Part shown: positions 31,812 to 32,000 of the stretch, piece by piece
Numbering within the stretch: position 1 is the first letter of the stretch
Layout: each line of letters opens with the position of its first letter
Assembly: GCA_963843975.1 (NCBI GenBank)
Contig: CAWJMG010000003.1
Location: 1,800,001 to 1,832,000 of the forward strand
DNA length: 32,000 bases
Reading direction: 5' to 3'
Origin: an uncultured Actinomycetes bacterium
GTDB taxonomy: Bacteria; Actinomycetota; Actinomycetes; S36-B12; CAIYMF01
Notes under the pieces: model-generated
Seen by the model: only the letters and a program-made list of their open reading frames with translations
Databases searched by the model: none
What the model was told of the DNA's origin: nothing
Translations under genes and position numbers: made by a program

Positions 31812-32000
31812 TGCCGGGGCCTTTGCGACTTCGGGTCGTACATCGGACTGAGCGATGCTCGAGCGGGGACTCGACGGCCAGCAACCTCTATCTCGAACGG
31901 CTCGGCTTCGAACCACTCGCGCGGCACAACCTCGGGTGCCTGCACCCAACCGAGCGCTACTGCACGTCCGAGTGTGTGCCCGAACTGTGCCGAAGCTACA

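Larger units (their letters stand above)
20974..32000. mobile_element. decayed integrative genomic island inserted in tRNA-Met (right end beyond the window)
   Basis: It begins exactly where tRNA identity stops and has an AT-rich edge (21000-21115). It carries an integrase gene, noticeably more A/T-ending codons than the core, pseudogenes and an IS element. Confidence 0.55.

Noticed and set aside
31856-32000. Possible 5' end of a plus-strand gene divergent from purU (MSSGDSTASNLYLERLGFEPLARHNLG..., faintly glyoxalase/VOC-like)
   Set aside because: Only 48 codons are visible, the codon bias is weak, there is no clear RBS and the motif match is too short. It needs the sequence beyond the window.

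Overview
High-GC actinobacterial chromosomal segment. It has a gene-dense core (1-20.9 kb), then a split tRNA-Met(CAU) and a visibly lower-GC, decayed integrative island (about 21-32 kb).

Core highlights:
(1) A compact sulfide/persulfide-type regulon. A CsoR/CstR-family repressor lacks the Cu-ligand His. Three ATACCCC-NN-GGGGTAT operators are each fused to a -10 hexamer, and one sits inside a 52-bp perfect palindrome. They lie in front of a TehA/Ssu1-like TDT channel, a sulfide:quinone oxidoreductase, a TehB-like methyltransferase and two micro-ORFs absent from the ORF track (59 aa, and 52 aa with six Cys).
(2) A Fur-family regulator module with a NifX-like gene and an AT-rich palindrome.
(3) An ArsR-SRPBCC pair whose palindromic operator is centred on the start codon.
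(4) pgm and an SDR gene.
(5) A fused SecDF paralogue translationally coupled to a TraR/DksA zinc-finger gene.
(6) A heliorhodopsin gene. It lies next to a frameshifted TetR gene, twin palindromic operators, a DUF4386 membrane protein and an ABC-2 exporter.

Island content: a frameshifted tyrosine integrase flanked by repeat motifs, a monothiol DsbA-like protein, an NmrA-SnoaL fusion, a trimethylamine-dehydrogenase-family pseudogene cut by an ISL3 element, an alpha/beta hydrolase, a cupin and purU.

Many long ORFs in the track are antisense or off-frame artefacts of high GC. No CRISPR array or rRNA was seen.
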